Below are positions 7,916-16,239 of a DNA stretch of 32,000 nt, piece after piece. The stretch's first letter is position 1. Each line of letters begins with the position of its first letter. The DNA lies in contig CP006868.1 in the NCBI GenBank assembly GCA_025340205.1, positions 210,001 to 242,000 of the forward strand. The letters run 5' to 3'. The position numbers were made by a program, and so were the translations under genes. The stretch is from Ignicoccus pacificus DSM 13166 (GTDB lineage: Archaea; Thermoproteota; Thermoprotei_A; Sulfolobales; Ignicoccaceae). The notes under the pieces were generated by a model. That model had not been told where the DNA came from, did no database searches, and saw nothing but the letters and a program-made list of their open reading frames with translations.

Positions 7916-9175
7916 TCAAAGCACTACACGAGACCTCAAGAACTCCAACCAACTCGGGTAAACGATATCGACCTTCCTCAGTAAGTTATCGTAGTGCAAG
8001 TGAGAGACCTTCAGCTCTCCCGTTCTCCCTTGAACGAACTGCATTAGGACTTCCGGATGCTCCCCCAACTCCATGCTCTTTTTCGCAAACGCTTCCTTCA
8101 TGTACTGCTCTGAGAACTTTCGTAATTTCGAAGGTTCGAGGATTCCGAGTTCTTTTGCCTTCTTCGGCACTCCGAACCTAGAGATCTTAACCGGAGCCAT
8201 CTCGTTCAAAGCCTCAAATGTCTCCTTGCTCATGAACGACCACAGAGCGCTCTTCTTACCCCTCTTGATTCCAAGCCAGCGGCGACAATGCACCTCAAAG
8301 CACTTACACCTCTCCTCGATCTTGTCTAAGGCTCAACAAACACCTTCTCGTTTGGGTTCCAACTCTCTAGCGATTCCAATGTATGGGCTAGCCTGATCCC
8401 GCTCTCCAAGAGCAGTCGGTAAAGCCAGTAGAATCGTTCGTTTTCTCGCTTGAGCGTCTCTAAGGCCTTGGAAACCTCTTCGAAACTTATCTCGTGAATC
8501 TTCACGTTTGTCTTGTACCTCCTCGTTGGAACCTTCTTCAGAGCCCACTCCACGAACTCGCTATCTATTTTCCTCTCAAGCTGTAGCCACCTAACGTAGT
8601 GCCTAAAGGTAACTCGAGCCCAGTCGGGGAAGCTAGCTGCTTCTTCCACGAACTCCTCGTTAAGCACCTTGCCTTCAAAGAAGCGCTTGAAGTAGCTCCT
8701 GTACTTGTTCACTTGTTCCTCGCTTATGCCTTTTCGTTCTTTGAGATAGGCCTCGAATTCTTCATTCCACTTGAGCAACAAAACGGGCTTGGGCTTTAGC
8801 TCAATGACCTCATTGCCTAAAGCTCTTGAAACCCATTCAAGTAAGAGCTTCCTGAGGATGGGATCTCCGAGAGCTACACTTAGGATCGCTAGCAAGGGAG
8901 TGAAGCTTAGGCTTACCTTCACGATCGAGTAAACCATAGGTCTTGAGGACCTCTTTACCCACGGAAGCGAAGGCTATGTCTATCGGAAGCAACGTTAGGA
9001 CCTTTGCCATGATTTCCTCGCTTGGGATTACCTCACCCTTAGAGTAGCGATAGATCGTGCTTTTGCTCTTACCTAGAGCCTTCGCTAGCTCTTCCGCTGT
9101 AAAGCGTTCGAGAGCCGAACGGATTAGCCCTACTCGAGCCCAAGCATCAAGATCTCTAACCAACTTTAGTTGCAT
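7916..9175 (-). pseudogene. Tyrosine recombinase (archaeal integrase) with an N-terminal HTH, broken by two frameshifts
   Basis: There are three frame segments. 9175-8837 is the HTH part (AEELAKALGKSKSTIYRY). 8937-8326 holds the box I region (LLLESGIRLAHTL). 8293-7916 holds LRKF...QGRTGELKVSHLHY, with the R and Y catalytic residues. The junctions lie at about 8900-8937 and about 8293-8330, where VFVEP continues as LDKIEERCKCFEVHCRRW in the other frame. Confidence 0.75.
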
Positions 9176-9312
9176 GGAGTTGATATGCTCCGTGCGACTA
9201 ATGGAGAGTTCGAGATGAGAACCTTGAAGACTTCCTGAACCCAAACATCTCGAATTAGCTTTAGTAGGATCGCAGAACCGGTTGATGTCGCAGGTATTCA
9301 AGGTTAGGAATG

Positions 9313-9390
9313 TGGTGCCGCCGCCGGGATTTGAACCCGGGTCACGGGCTTGAGAGGCCCGCATACTTGGCCGGACTATACTACGGCGGC
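9313..9390 (-). tRNA. tRNA-Glu (anticodon CUC), CCA encoded
   Basis: The reverse complement reads GCCGCCGTAGTATAGTCCGGCCAAGTATGCGGGCCTCTCAAGCCCGTGACCCGGGTTCAAATCCCGGCGGCGGCACCA. It folds into a cloverleaf with a 7-bp acceptor stem, anticodon loop CTCTCAA and T loop TTCAAAT. Confidence 0.95.
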
Positions 9391-9479
9391 CCCTCCCGGG
9401 GCAACGACCCCTAACTTTCTTTAAAAACTTTTGCTTAAGGTAATATATTCAATACCTTTAATCAACAAGCCTAAGAATA

Positions 9480-9518
9480 TGTAAAGAAAGCTTTACAATC
9501 TATAAAGCATTCTTTACA
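9480..9518 (+). promoter_or_regulatory. Promoter and operator of the ABC operon: palindrome TGTAAAG-AAAG-CTTTACA, TATA box TATAAAG, and a third CTTTACA half-site
   Basis: The palindrome spans 9480-9497, the TATA box 9501-9507 and the extra half-site 9512-9518. The TTG start codon at 9531 lies about 24 nt after the TATA box, which suggests a leaderless mRNA. Confidence 0.45.
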
Positions 9519-9530
9519 CTTGGGAGAGCC

Positions 9531-10322
9531 TTGATAGAGGCTCGAGATCTTTGGAAGTCCTTCGGAAGGAAGGAAGTGTTAAAGGAAGTAACCTTGAGCG
9601 TGGGGAAGGAAGTTCACGCCCTAGTGGGCCCTAACGGGTCGGGTAAGAGCACCCTCATTAAGTGCATTTTAGGCTTGCTCAAGCCGAACAGAGGAGAGGT
9701 GAAGCTGTTCAACGAAAGACCGGAGGTTGGGAGGAAGAGGGTAGGTTATGTTGGAGAGAAGCTGGGACTAAGGGAATCCTCCGCCTTGCTCGTTGAGCTT
9801 GAGGTCTACTGTGAGCTGAAGGGTTGTAATTGGGACGAAGTGAAGGAGGTGGTCGACGCTTGGGGTCTGAGGCCCTACCTTAAGGAAAGGGTTCGCGACT
9901 TGTCGACGGGAACTAAGCAGAGGGCCGCCATAGCCAGGTCCCTCTTGGGAAAGCCGGAGGCATTGATATGGGACGAGGCCCTTAACGGCTTGGACCCTGA
10001 GTGGAGGAGCTACGCTCTAGACTTTATGAAGGAGTTCTCCAAAAGGGGACCGGTGCTCTACTCCTCCCACGTCTTAGAGGAGCTGGAGGAAGTAGCGGAC
10101 AAGGTAACGATGATCGAGAACGGGAAGGTAATACTAAGCGGTCCTTTATGGGAACTCCTCTACGGAGATCCCGTCGAGCTCTTCGTGCTAAGTCCTAAAG
10201 GTAGGATAAGGGAGGTCATAAGAAAGGACGAGATTATTGATAGATTAACTAGAATAAACGATTTCTCAATAATAAGGATAGGAAAGAGCTTGAGAAAGGT
10301 GTATGAGGAGGTGAGAGCATGA
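9531..10322 (+). CDS. ABC transporter ATP-binding protein
   Basis: Walker A is GPNGSGKST, the signature is LSTGTKQR and Walker B is LIWDEALNGLD. The stop overlaps the next start (ATGA). Confidence 0.9.
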   Translation: MIEARDLWKSFGRKEVLKEVTLSVGKEVHALVGPNGSGKSTLIKCILGLLKPNRGEVKLFNERPEVGRKRVGYVGEKLGLRESSALLVELEVYCELKGCNWDEVKEVVDAWGLRPYLKERVRDLSTGTKQRAAIARSLLGKPEALIWDEALNGLDPEWRSYALDFMKEFSKRGPVLYSSHVLEELEEVADKVTMIENGKVILSGPLWELLYGDPVELFVLSPKGRIREVIRKDEIIDRLTRINDFSIIRIGKSLRKVYEEVRA

Positions 10323-10849
10323 AAAGCTGGGCTTTCAAGGACTGCATCTTAGCTAACTGGAAAAGCTTAATGATGGCATTTCTACTAACGTATGTGATGT
10401 ACAGCAACGCGTCGAGGATTCCAGTAGGAAGGGAACTAATAGGTGCCTTGAGCGGCTTAACCTTTGCTGCCCTACTCAGCTATGGTCTACTTAACGCCAG
10501 GTCGAGCGGAGTTCTCCAGTACTTCTCCGTAGGGCTCGGGAGCTTCAGAAGGGTAATTGCCGAGCTCTTGTTGGCCTACTCGAGCGTAGCCGCGATCTCC
10601 TCGTTCTTCATGACAAGGTCGCTAGAAGCTGCTCTGAGCGCCCTCTTCGCTATGCCGGCATTCGCTATTTCCATACTACTCTTACCCGAGTGGCTGGGGA
10701 GGATAACACCGATAGCGCTGATACTCGGAATAGAATATATTATGAAGGAATTAAGCATGATCAACTTAATGACAGCGGAGCTGTGTACAAGCGCTATCGC
10801 TATACTCCTTACCCTCCTCCCTCAAGCGGAGGAGTTCGCTAACAAGTGA
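10319..10849 (+). CDS. Polytopic membrane protein, putative permease partner of the ABC ATPase
   Basis: 176 aa and strongly hydrophobic, with about 5-6 predicted helices by eye. It has 4-nt overlaps with both neighbours. Confidence 0.6.
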   Translation: MKSWAFKDCILANWKSLMMAFLLTYVMYSNASRIPVGRELIGALSGLTFAALLSYGLLNARSSGVLQYFSVGLGSFRRVIAELLLAYSSVAAISSFFMTRSLEAALSALFAMPAFAISILLLPEWLGRITPIALILGIEYIMKELSMINLMTAELCTSAIAILLTLLPQAEEFANK

Positions 10850-11184
10850 GAGGGGTGGAGATAGCGAAGGAATATGTCATTTTAATAATTTCTATCACAA
10901 TGCTGTTACTAGTGGTAGGAGCGCTCCTTCCAAAGCTCTTGCTTCCCTCTATACTACTTGCGATGATAGTTATGAGGAAGATGAGAAAGAAATACATAGT
11001 AGTAGATGAAAGGGATGAGTTCGTAATCATGAAATCTTGCAGACCCACCCTCCTGCTAGCTACCTTCTTCCTCGTACTCCTCAGCGTTTACCCAGAGCTA
11101 AGCAAGTACTCCCAGCTCTTCCTAGTAGCTGTCTTCGGGCTTTACTACCTCTCTATGGTATACTATTATAAGAGATTTGGGTGA
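10846..11184 (+). CDS. Small membrane protein, DUF2178-like
   Basis: 112 aa with hydrophobic segments around a DERDEF motif. As in known DUF2178 pairs, it is followed by a short XRE-type HTH gene. It has GTGA overlaps on both sides. Confidence 0.5.
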   Translation: MRGVEIAKEYVILIISITMLLLVVGALLPKLLLPSILLAMIVMRKMRKKYIVVDERDEFVIMKSCRPTLLLATFFLVLLSVYPELSKYSQLFLVAVFGLYYLSMVYYYKRFG

Positions 11185-11420
11185 AGGTCTTGAAGTGCGT
11201 CCAAGTGAGGCTGAGGGAGTGGAGGGCTAGGTACAGGGTAAGCCAGGAGTCGTTGGCGAGGGCCGTCGGAGTCACGAGACAGACGATAATAGCGATCGAA
11301 AAGGGAAGGTATCTACCCTCCTTAGAACTAGCTCTTAAAATAGCTAAATTCTTCAACGCTAAAGTTGAGGATATTTTTGTGCTTAAGGAGGAGTGCTATC
11401 CTAAGGAGACTGCTTTGTGA
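11181..11420 (+). CDS. XRE/Cro-type helix-turn-helix transcriptional regulator (YozG-like)
   Basis: 79 aa. The VSQESLARAVGVTRQTIIAIEKGRYLPSLELALKIAKFF stretch is a canonical XRE HTH. Confidence 0.85.
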   Translation: MKVLKCVQVRLREWRARYRVSQESLARAVGVTRQTIIAIEKGRYLPSLELALKIAKFFNAKVEDIFVLKEECYPKETAL

Positions 11421-11579
11421 TAGTTCAGAATAATGTCAGCTAATGCGATCTATACTTCTACGTACGTCTTATAATTTGGGTTAATAAATCAATCGACGCT
11501 TACCGTAAAAGTGAATCGATAAACCCTCCAGTCTAGCACTAAAAAATGTAGGAGTGCCTAACACATATGGGGTGAGAAT

Positions 11580-11741
11580 ATGCCATTCGGGTCTTTTGGG
11601 ATGTTAAGCGCAGAAGTCGGGATGAACGTAGTAGTGGGAAGCGCCCTAGGAGCACTAGGTCTACTTGCTCTACTAGTGAGTATGGGGAAGGAGGAAATTG
11701 AGGAAGCTGTCGAAAAGGAGGAAGAAGAGGCGGCTAGCTAA
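11580..11741 (+). CDS. Possible small membrane protein (53 aa), below the cut-off of the ORF track
   Basis: The ATG is preceded by GGGGTGAGAAT (GGTGA, SD-like). It has one hydrophobic helix (VVVGSALGALGLLALLV) followed by an acidic tail (EEIEEAVEKEEEEAAS). Confidence 0.35.
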   Translation: MPFGSFGMLSAEVGMNVVVGSALGALGLLALLVSMGKEEIEEAVEKEEEEAAS

Positions 11742-12331
11742 AGGGGATGGCCCAGCGGCATGAGGTAGCCGACCTCTTCTTCTATGCCGAGGATCCTCTT
11801 GACCTCCTCGTCGGCGAACGCCCCAACGGCCACCGTTCCTAGACCCATAGCAGCCGCTTGGAGGTACACGTTCTCGGAGACGTGGCCGAACTCCATCCAG
11901 ACGTACCTTATTCCCCTGTTACCATAAACCGAAGTGGTTACAGTGAAGTCAGCGGCTATGACTAATACAGCGGGAGCGTCGAGGATCCATTCTTGTTCCA
12001 AGGAAGCCTCGTACAGCTCCTCCCTCGGATCACCTCTTTTTATTAAGCAAAGCTCGTGTCTGTGAGGCTTGTACTTGTATATTCCCGGTTCTAAGGGCCC
12101 CTCTCCTAAAACCAAGTATATCCTTATCGGATAGAGGGCTCCCGCGCTCGGTGCGGTGTGTCTTCCTTCCATTGGATCAGATATACCGTAAGCGGCCCAG
12201 AGGATCTGAGAGATCTCTTCTATTGATAAAGGCCTTGCAGAGTACTTCCTTATCGATCTTCTTCTCATTACGGCTTCCTCGAGGGACACCTTCCCCCTTA
12301 GGACAGGGGGAGGAAGGGCGACGCATCTCAT
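11738..12331 (-). CDS. SagB-type dehydrogenase / nitroreductase family protein (FMN-dependent)
   Basis: RRSIRKYSARPLS, PSAGALYP, GIYKY and AVGAFADEEV are typical of the SagB/ThcOx nitroreductase-fold family. Confidence 0.8.
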   Translation of the reverse strand: MRCVALPPPVLRGKVSLEEAVMRRRSIRKYSARPLSIEEISQILWAAYGISDPMEGRHTAPSAGALYPIRIYLVLGEGPLEPGIYKYKPHRHELCLIKRGDPREELYEASLEQEWILDAPAVLVIAADFTVTTSVYGNRGIRYVWMEFGHVSENVYLQAAAMGLGTVAVGAFADEEVKRILGIEEEVGYLMPLGHPL

Positions 12332-12362
12332 TTCAGTATCACCATACGAAGAAGTTGCTTAA

Positions 12363-12821
12363 TTATAGGGGGCCTACGTCGGGCCACCCTTGCCTTTGGC
12401 CTGTGCCGGCCAAGGGAGTTAGTCCCTCCGGTCCCTTGGTTAGCAGTATGGCCAAGTTCAGGGCATGTTCCCTAGCCCTCATTATAGCTACCTCCTTCAG
12501 CTTCTCCCCGCTCGCTTCATCTTCATGTACGGTGACGTCTATCACATGCTTGCCATACTGTATCTGCAACATCTGGAGGGCTATTGACATGGCTAGGTAG
12601 GAGTACTTATCGGTCTGGGTGGGACCCACCCATCCAAAGGTTATGGCCGCATCGCAACCCTCGTCGAAGAGCCTCTTTACAGCAACAGCTATGTCCTTTA
12701 TTCCCGGAACTGTATACCTCTTGATCTTTATAGCGGGAACCTTCCTCTTGAGGACCTTTATTGCCTCCTCAGCCATGTTTACCCTGGCGAAGGTCGTGTC
12801 CACTACTGCCACGCATGGCAT
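12363..12821 (-). CDS. ribC: Riboflavin synthase, archaeal type
   Basis: VDTTFARVNMA, VPGIKD, HEDEA and GQRQGWPDVGP match the Methanocaldococcus-type riboflavin synthase pattern. Its start overlaps the upstream stop (TAATG). Confidence 0.85.
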   Translation of the reverse strand: MPCVAVVDTTFARVNMAEEAIKVLKRKVPAIKIKRYTVPGIKDIAVAVKRLFDEGCDAAITFGWVGPTQTDKYSYLAMSIALQMLQIQYGKHVIDVTVHEDEASGEKLKEVAIMRAREHALNLAILLTKGPEGLTPLAGTGQRQGWPDVGPL

Positions 12822-15004
12822 TACTTCTCCCTCCTCTTCAACCCATCCAATCCCTTATTGCTCATGAATGCTAAGGCTAAGGCTAGGGCATCGAAGCCGA
12901 AGAGTATCGGTATGAGCGTTGCCCAAGCCAGCGGCCTTATCATTCCTATGAACGTCATGAAAATATATGTTAGGATGCTCTTCCTTCCGGGTATGTAGAT
13001 CATGTGAAGGTAGGGGAGTAATGGGAGGGCGAAGTAGAAGAGTGTAGGGAAGACGAACATTACGTAGAAGGTTAATGCTAGTGAAAGGCCGGAGGCTACG
13101 AAGCTAAAGCCCATTGCATATAGCAAATAGATGAAGAAGAGATAGTTTTGGGGAGATACTATCTTATTGAAGAAGTAGTATGGAACTAAGAACGCAATGC
13201 TCCAAGCGGCATATTCCTTAAAGTCGAACCTTTCCTTCTTCCTTAAGAACAAGATGAAAACTAATAGGAATCCTGCCAATTCCAATAACGTTCCGATGTT
13301 CCCCACAATTTTTACCATAGTTAAGGGTTCGTTTATGACTATTGGGAAGTAGTTAGCGGCAGCTATCTCTCTGTGGCTCTGGTAATACAGAGTAATGAAT
13401 AAGAACTTCTTTATGCCGAGCGCGAGGATGGTTACTATGGCTGGAGTTAAGAATACTGCGAATCCCAAAGCGGCGACCAGAAGCTTCTTCTTGTCAACGG
13501 TCTTTACCAAGGGTAAGAGAGTGAAGAGAGGGTAAACCTTGGTGCTCACTATAGCAGCCAATCCTCCTCCCAAGAAGTATTCCAAGTAGTTACCCTTCTT
13601 CTTGAATACTATGTAAAGTATTATGGTAAAGAGTGCTAATAACATGGGCTCAAACATCTTCCAATAGTAGGAGACTAGCGCTGTGAATGGGGAATAAAGA
13701 AATAAAAGGGTTCTCTCCTTTCCTATTACTTTTGAGCTAACGAAGTAGGTTATTATGTTAAATAGCATATACCAGAGGCCTAGCACGAAGTAGTACAAGA
13801 GGTAAGAGACTCGGAACCTCCATATGTCGTAACTTCCTAAGAGGAAGGAGTCGAAGGAGCTGACGGAGAGAAACCCGTGAGGAAAGGACGACCTCGGAAG
13901 TAGTGAAAGGGGGCTCAAGAGTATGGCTATCCAAGGCGTTATGTAGGTGTAGCCGGGGAACAAGGGATAGTGGCTGGGGATCTTCAGCTTTACCATTATT
14001 TGCATGTGCCTCGTCCAAGAGTAGAGCTCTACTGGGTTGAATGCCTTCATCGCGAACATGTAGCTCATTACCGCATCCCAGTGAAGGGCTGTAACTGATC
14101 CTAGCAAGACGAGGGTGATGCTAAACGCTAGAAACCCCTTGAAGTTGTCTAAATTAGGTTTGATTACCTTATACCACATCACTATAGCTATCAATGGCAT
14201 CAAAACTATTATTAGGAAGCTGAGGATACCATTTAGTATCCAGCCCAAGATGGATACGTAGAAAGGAGAAGGGTAGGGGCCTCTCTCGCCGTACTCAGTG
14301 GTAGCCAAGAACTTACCCTCAAGTTTCGACACCTTCATTATGCACGTCCTGTTACTCTTAATATAGAGTAAGGCCTCCTCGGGATAAGGAACCTTGTAGT
14401 GAGTAACGCTGCACTTCTCGAAATCCAGAGTGACGTTGTAGTAATAGCTAATGTAGGGTAGGTGAGCCCCTATCTTCACTCTGTGAGGGCTCAATATCTT
14501 TACGTTTGTGATTTCATAAATGGTGACCAGAGAGAGTATTCGAAGGTCACCATGGAATATGACGCTCCCGTCCCTAGGGGAGACCAGCTTCGTGAGGATA
14601 ACCTTTCCGTTATAGGTATAGGTGTCCACTATCGTGTTACCGCTTAAGGCCACGGTGCTGTTGCAAGCCGTTAGGGAAACGTTGGAAGCTACCGTATCGA
14701 CGTCGTTCACTCCGAGGAGCCAGTAACGAACCAATGGGATGCTCACGTCCTCTGAGGCGATGAGAGGTTTAGCGGAGGCATCTCTTATTGAGTAATAGAA
14801 GACTAGACGGGTGCTCAGGGGAGGGCTCACGTTTCCTACGGTCTCAAATGCGGTCTTTACATTACCTCCTACCTCTATGTACATCTTATGACTGGCGTTG
14901 TATGCTATAATTGCTATCGTAACCACGACTGCGAAGAACACCGCCATGCCGTAGGTCAGTTTCGCTAGCTCCTTAGGATCGCTGAGCCTCTCCCTGAGAC
15001 TCAA
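12821..15004 (-). CDS. Large polytopic membrane protein (727 aa): N-terminal anchor, about 230-aa extracytoplasmic domain, then more than 12 TM helices; possibly a GT-C-like glycosyltransferase
   Basis: Long uninterrupted ORF with a TTG start. The hydrophobicity pattern was read from the translation. No diagnostic catalytic motif was recognised, so the function is uncertain. Confidence 0.7.
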   Translation of the reverse strand: MSLRERLSDPKELAKLTYGMAVFFAVVVTIAIIAYNASHKMYIEVGGNVKTAFETVGNVSPPLSTRLVFYYSIRDASAKPLIASEDVSIPLVRYWLLGVNDVDTVASNVSLTACNSTVALSGNTIVDTYTYNGKVILTKLVSPRDGSVIFHGDLRILSLVTIYEITNVKILSPHRVKIGAHLPYISYYYNVTLDFEKCSVTHYKVPYPEEALLYIKSNRTCIMKVSKLEGKFLATTEYGERGPYPSPFYVSILGWILNGILSFLIIVLMPLIAIVMWYKVIKPNLDNFKGFLAFSITLVLLGSVTALHWDAVMSYMFAMKAFNPVELYSWTRHMQIMVKLKIPSHYPLFPGYTYITPWIAILLSPLSLLPRSSFPHGFLSVSSFDSFLLGSYDIWRFRVSYLLYYFVLGLWYMLFNIITYFVSSKVIGKERTLLFLYSPFTALVSYYWKMFEPMLLALFTIILYIVFKKKGNYLEYFLGGGLAAIVSTKVYPLFTLLPLVKTVDKKKLLVAALGFAVFLTPAIVTILALGIKKFLFITLYYQSHREIAAANYFPIVINEPLTMVKIVGNIGTLLELAGFLLVFILFLRKKERFDFKEYAAWSIAFLVPYYFFNKIVSPQNYLFFIYLLYAMGFSFVASGLSLALTFYVMFVFPTLFYFALPLLPYLHMIYIPGRKSILTYIFMTFIGMIRPLAWATLIPILFGFDALALALAFMSNKGLDGLKRREK

Positions 15005-15049
15005 TTAATGCCCCGAGCTCACACAAGCGGTTACTAAATAAGGAGGCCT

Positions 15050-16195
15050 TCAACTGACTGGTTCCCACACTATTCCTAGTTCTGTAGCATACCTTCTAGC
15101 TTCCATTACCTCTCCCCAGCTGACCCTTCTCGCCACGTCGGGCCACCTTTCCGGGTATCTCTTTACCAAGTACTCGGGTCTGTACTGCTCCATAATGTTT
15201 ACCAATACCTTATCCTTTATGTTGTTAGCTATCCACTCCAAGATAGGGAAGGTATCGCATTCCAAGTGATTGGGGAGGACCAAGTGCCTTATTATCATGT
15301 CCCCTCTTTGGGAGGCCTTCAGCAAGTTCCTCGTCACTATTTTCCTATAGTTCTTAACTCCGCTCAGCCTCAAGGCACATTTATCGTTCCAGTACTTGAA
15401 GTCGGGAAGCCAGATGTCGATGATATCCAGCAAGAGCTCCAACAGTTCCTCAGTCATATACATGTTGCTGTTCCATAGCTGAGGTACGTTTACGTTCAAG
15501 TACCTCATGGAATCTATTATTATATGAGCTGAGGGAATGGGATCGCCTCCTACGTGGTTCACGTTCCTAGCTCCTCTCTCCCTCAACGTCCTCTGGATCT
15601 CCGCGAGCTCTATTGGATCCACCCTCTTCCCCTTCATGGCGTTGCTCTGGCTGATGTCCCAGTTCTGGCAGAAGACGCACTTGAAGGGACAACCTCCGTA
15701 GAATATCGTCCCGGAGGGAACCAAAGGAGCTTCCTCTCCCATATGGAGGAAGGCGGAGTGTACGTAGGCGTTGGAGTCAACGAAGCAGGCTCCCGGCCTC
15801 TCCTTTCTATTAATTGGACACCTCCTCTCGCATAGCCTGCAAGGAGGTCCTAGGAGCCTCCTAGCAAGCTCCGCCTTAACGTCCAAGTAGTTTCCTTTAA
15901 CCGGCTGGAACCACTTCCCAGCCTTGGTCTCCTCCCATCTCTCTTGGAACTCCTTCGAGAGGGACGAGTGGAGCCTCCACAGCTCCTCCTCGCTCAAATC
16001 CCTTAAGTCATCGTAGCCGGAATCCAAGGATTTAGCTATCATGAACTTCGCTTGTTTCTTGTTCAACATAACGTCCCTATACCAGCTGAGCCTCTTGTTG
16101 ACCTCCGGGTCCTTCCACACCTCCACGGCGTCTGGACGTATGAAGAACCACTCTCCGAACATAAGCAGTACCCTAGATCGATGAGCGCCTCCCAC
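15050..16195 (-). CDS. Radical SAM protein, PflX-like (homologue of pyruvate formate-lyase activating enzymes)
   Basis: It has a CPFKCVFCQNW (CxxxCxxC) cluster plus an upstream CRLCERRCPINR Cys cluster. The true start may be the ATG at 16162 (MFGEW...), given a TATA-like ATTATAA at about 16200-16208. Confidence 0.85.
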   Translation of the reverse strand: MGGAHRSRVLLMFGEWFFIRPDAVEVWKDPEVNKRLSWYRDVMLNKKQAKFMIAKSLDSGYDDLRDLSEEELWRLHSSLSKEFQERWEETKAGKWFQPVKGNYLDVKAELARRLLGPPCRLCERRCPINRKERPGACFVDSNAYVHSAFLHMGEEAPLVPSGTIFYGGCPFKCVFCQNWDISQSNAMKGKRVDPIELAEIQRTLRERGARNVNHVGGDPIPSAHIIIDSMRYLNVNVPQLWNSNMYMTEELLELLLDIIDIWLPDFKYWNDKCALRLSGVKNYRKIVTRNLLKASQRGDMIIRHLVLPNHLECDTFPILEWIANNIKDKVLVNIMEQYRPEYLVKRYPERWPDVARRVSWGEVMEARRYATELGIVWEPVS

Positions 16196-16239
16196 CCACT
16201 ATTATAACTCTTACCCAGTAAGCCCCTCCCGAGATAGCC

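Larger units (their letters stand above)
4068..9312. mobile_element. Degraded integrated element or genomic island next to the 3' end of tRNA-Glu (left boundary approximate)
   Basis: The block is visibly AT-richer than its flanks. A frameshifted tyrosine integrase lies directly beside the tRNA 3' end. The block also contains a PIN relic, a nonsense-interrupted surface-protein gene and about 1.9 kb with almost no ORFs. No att direct repeat was found by eye. Confidence 0.5.

Noticed and set aside
9176-9364. N-terminal 63 codons of track ORF 8837..9364, which read through the 3' half of tRNA-Glu. This could have indicated an SSV-type integrase partitioned at an att site inside the tRNA.
   Set aside because: The translated stretch (RASQARDPGSNPGGGTTFLTLNTCDINRF...) is not protein-like. 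A good ATG with an HTH domain begins at 9175, so the overlap is most likely an ORF-calling artefact. I found no separate int(N) fragment, although I cannot fully exclude an SSV-type arrangement.
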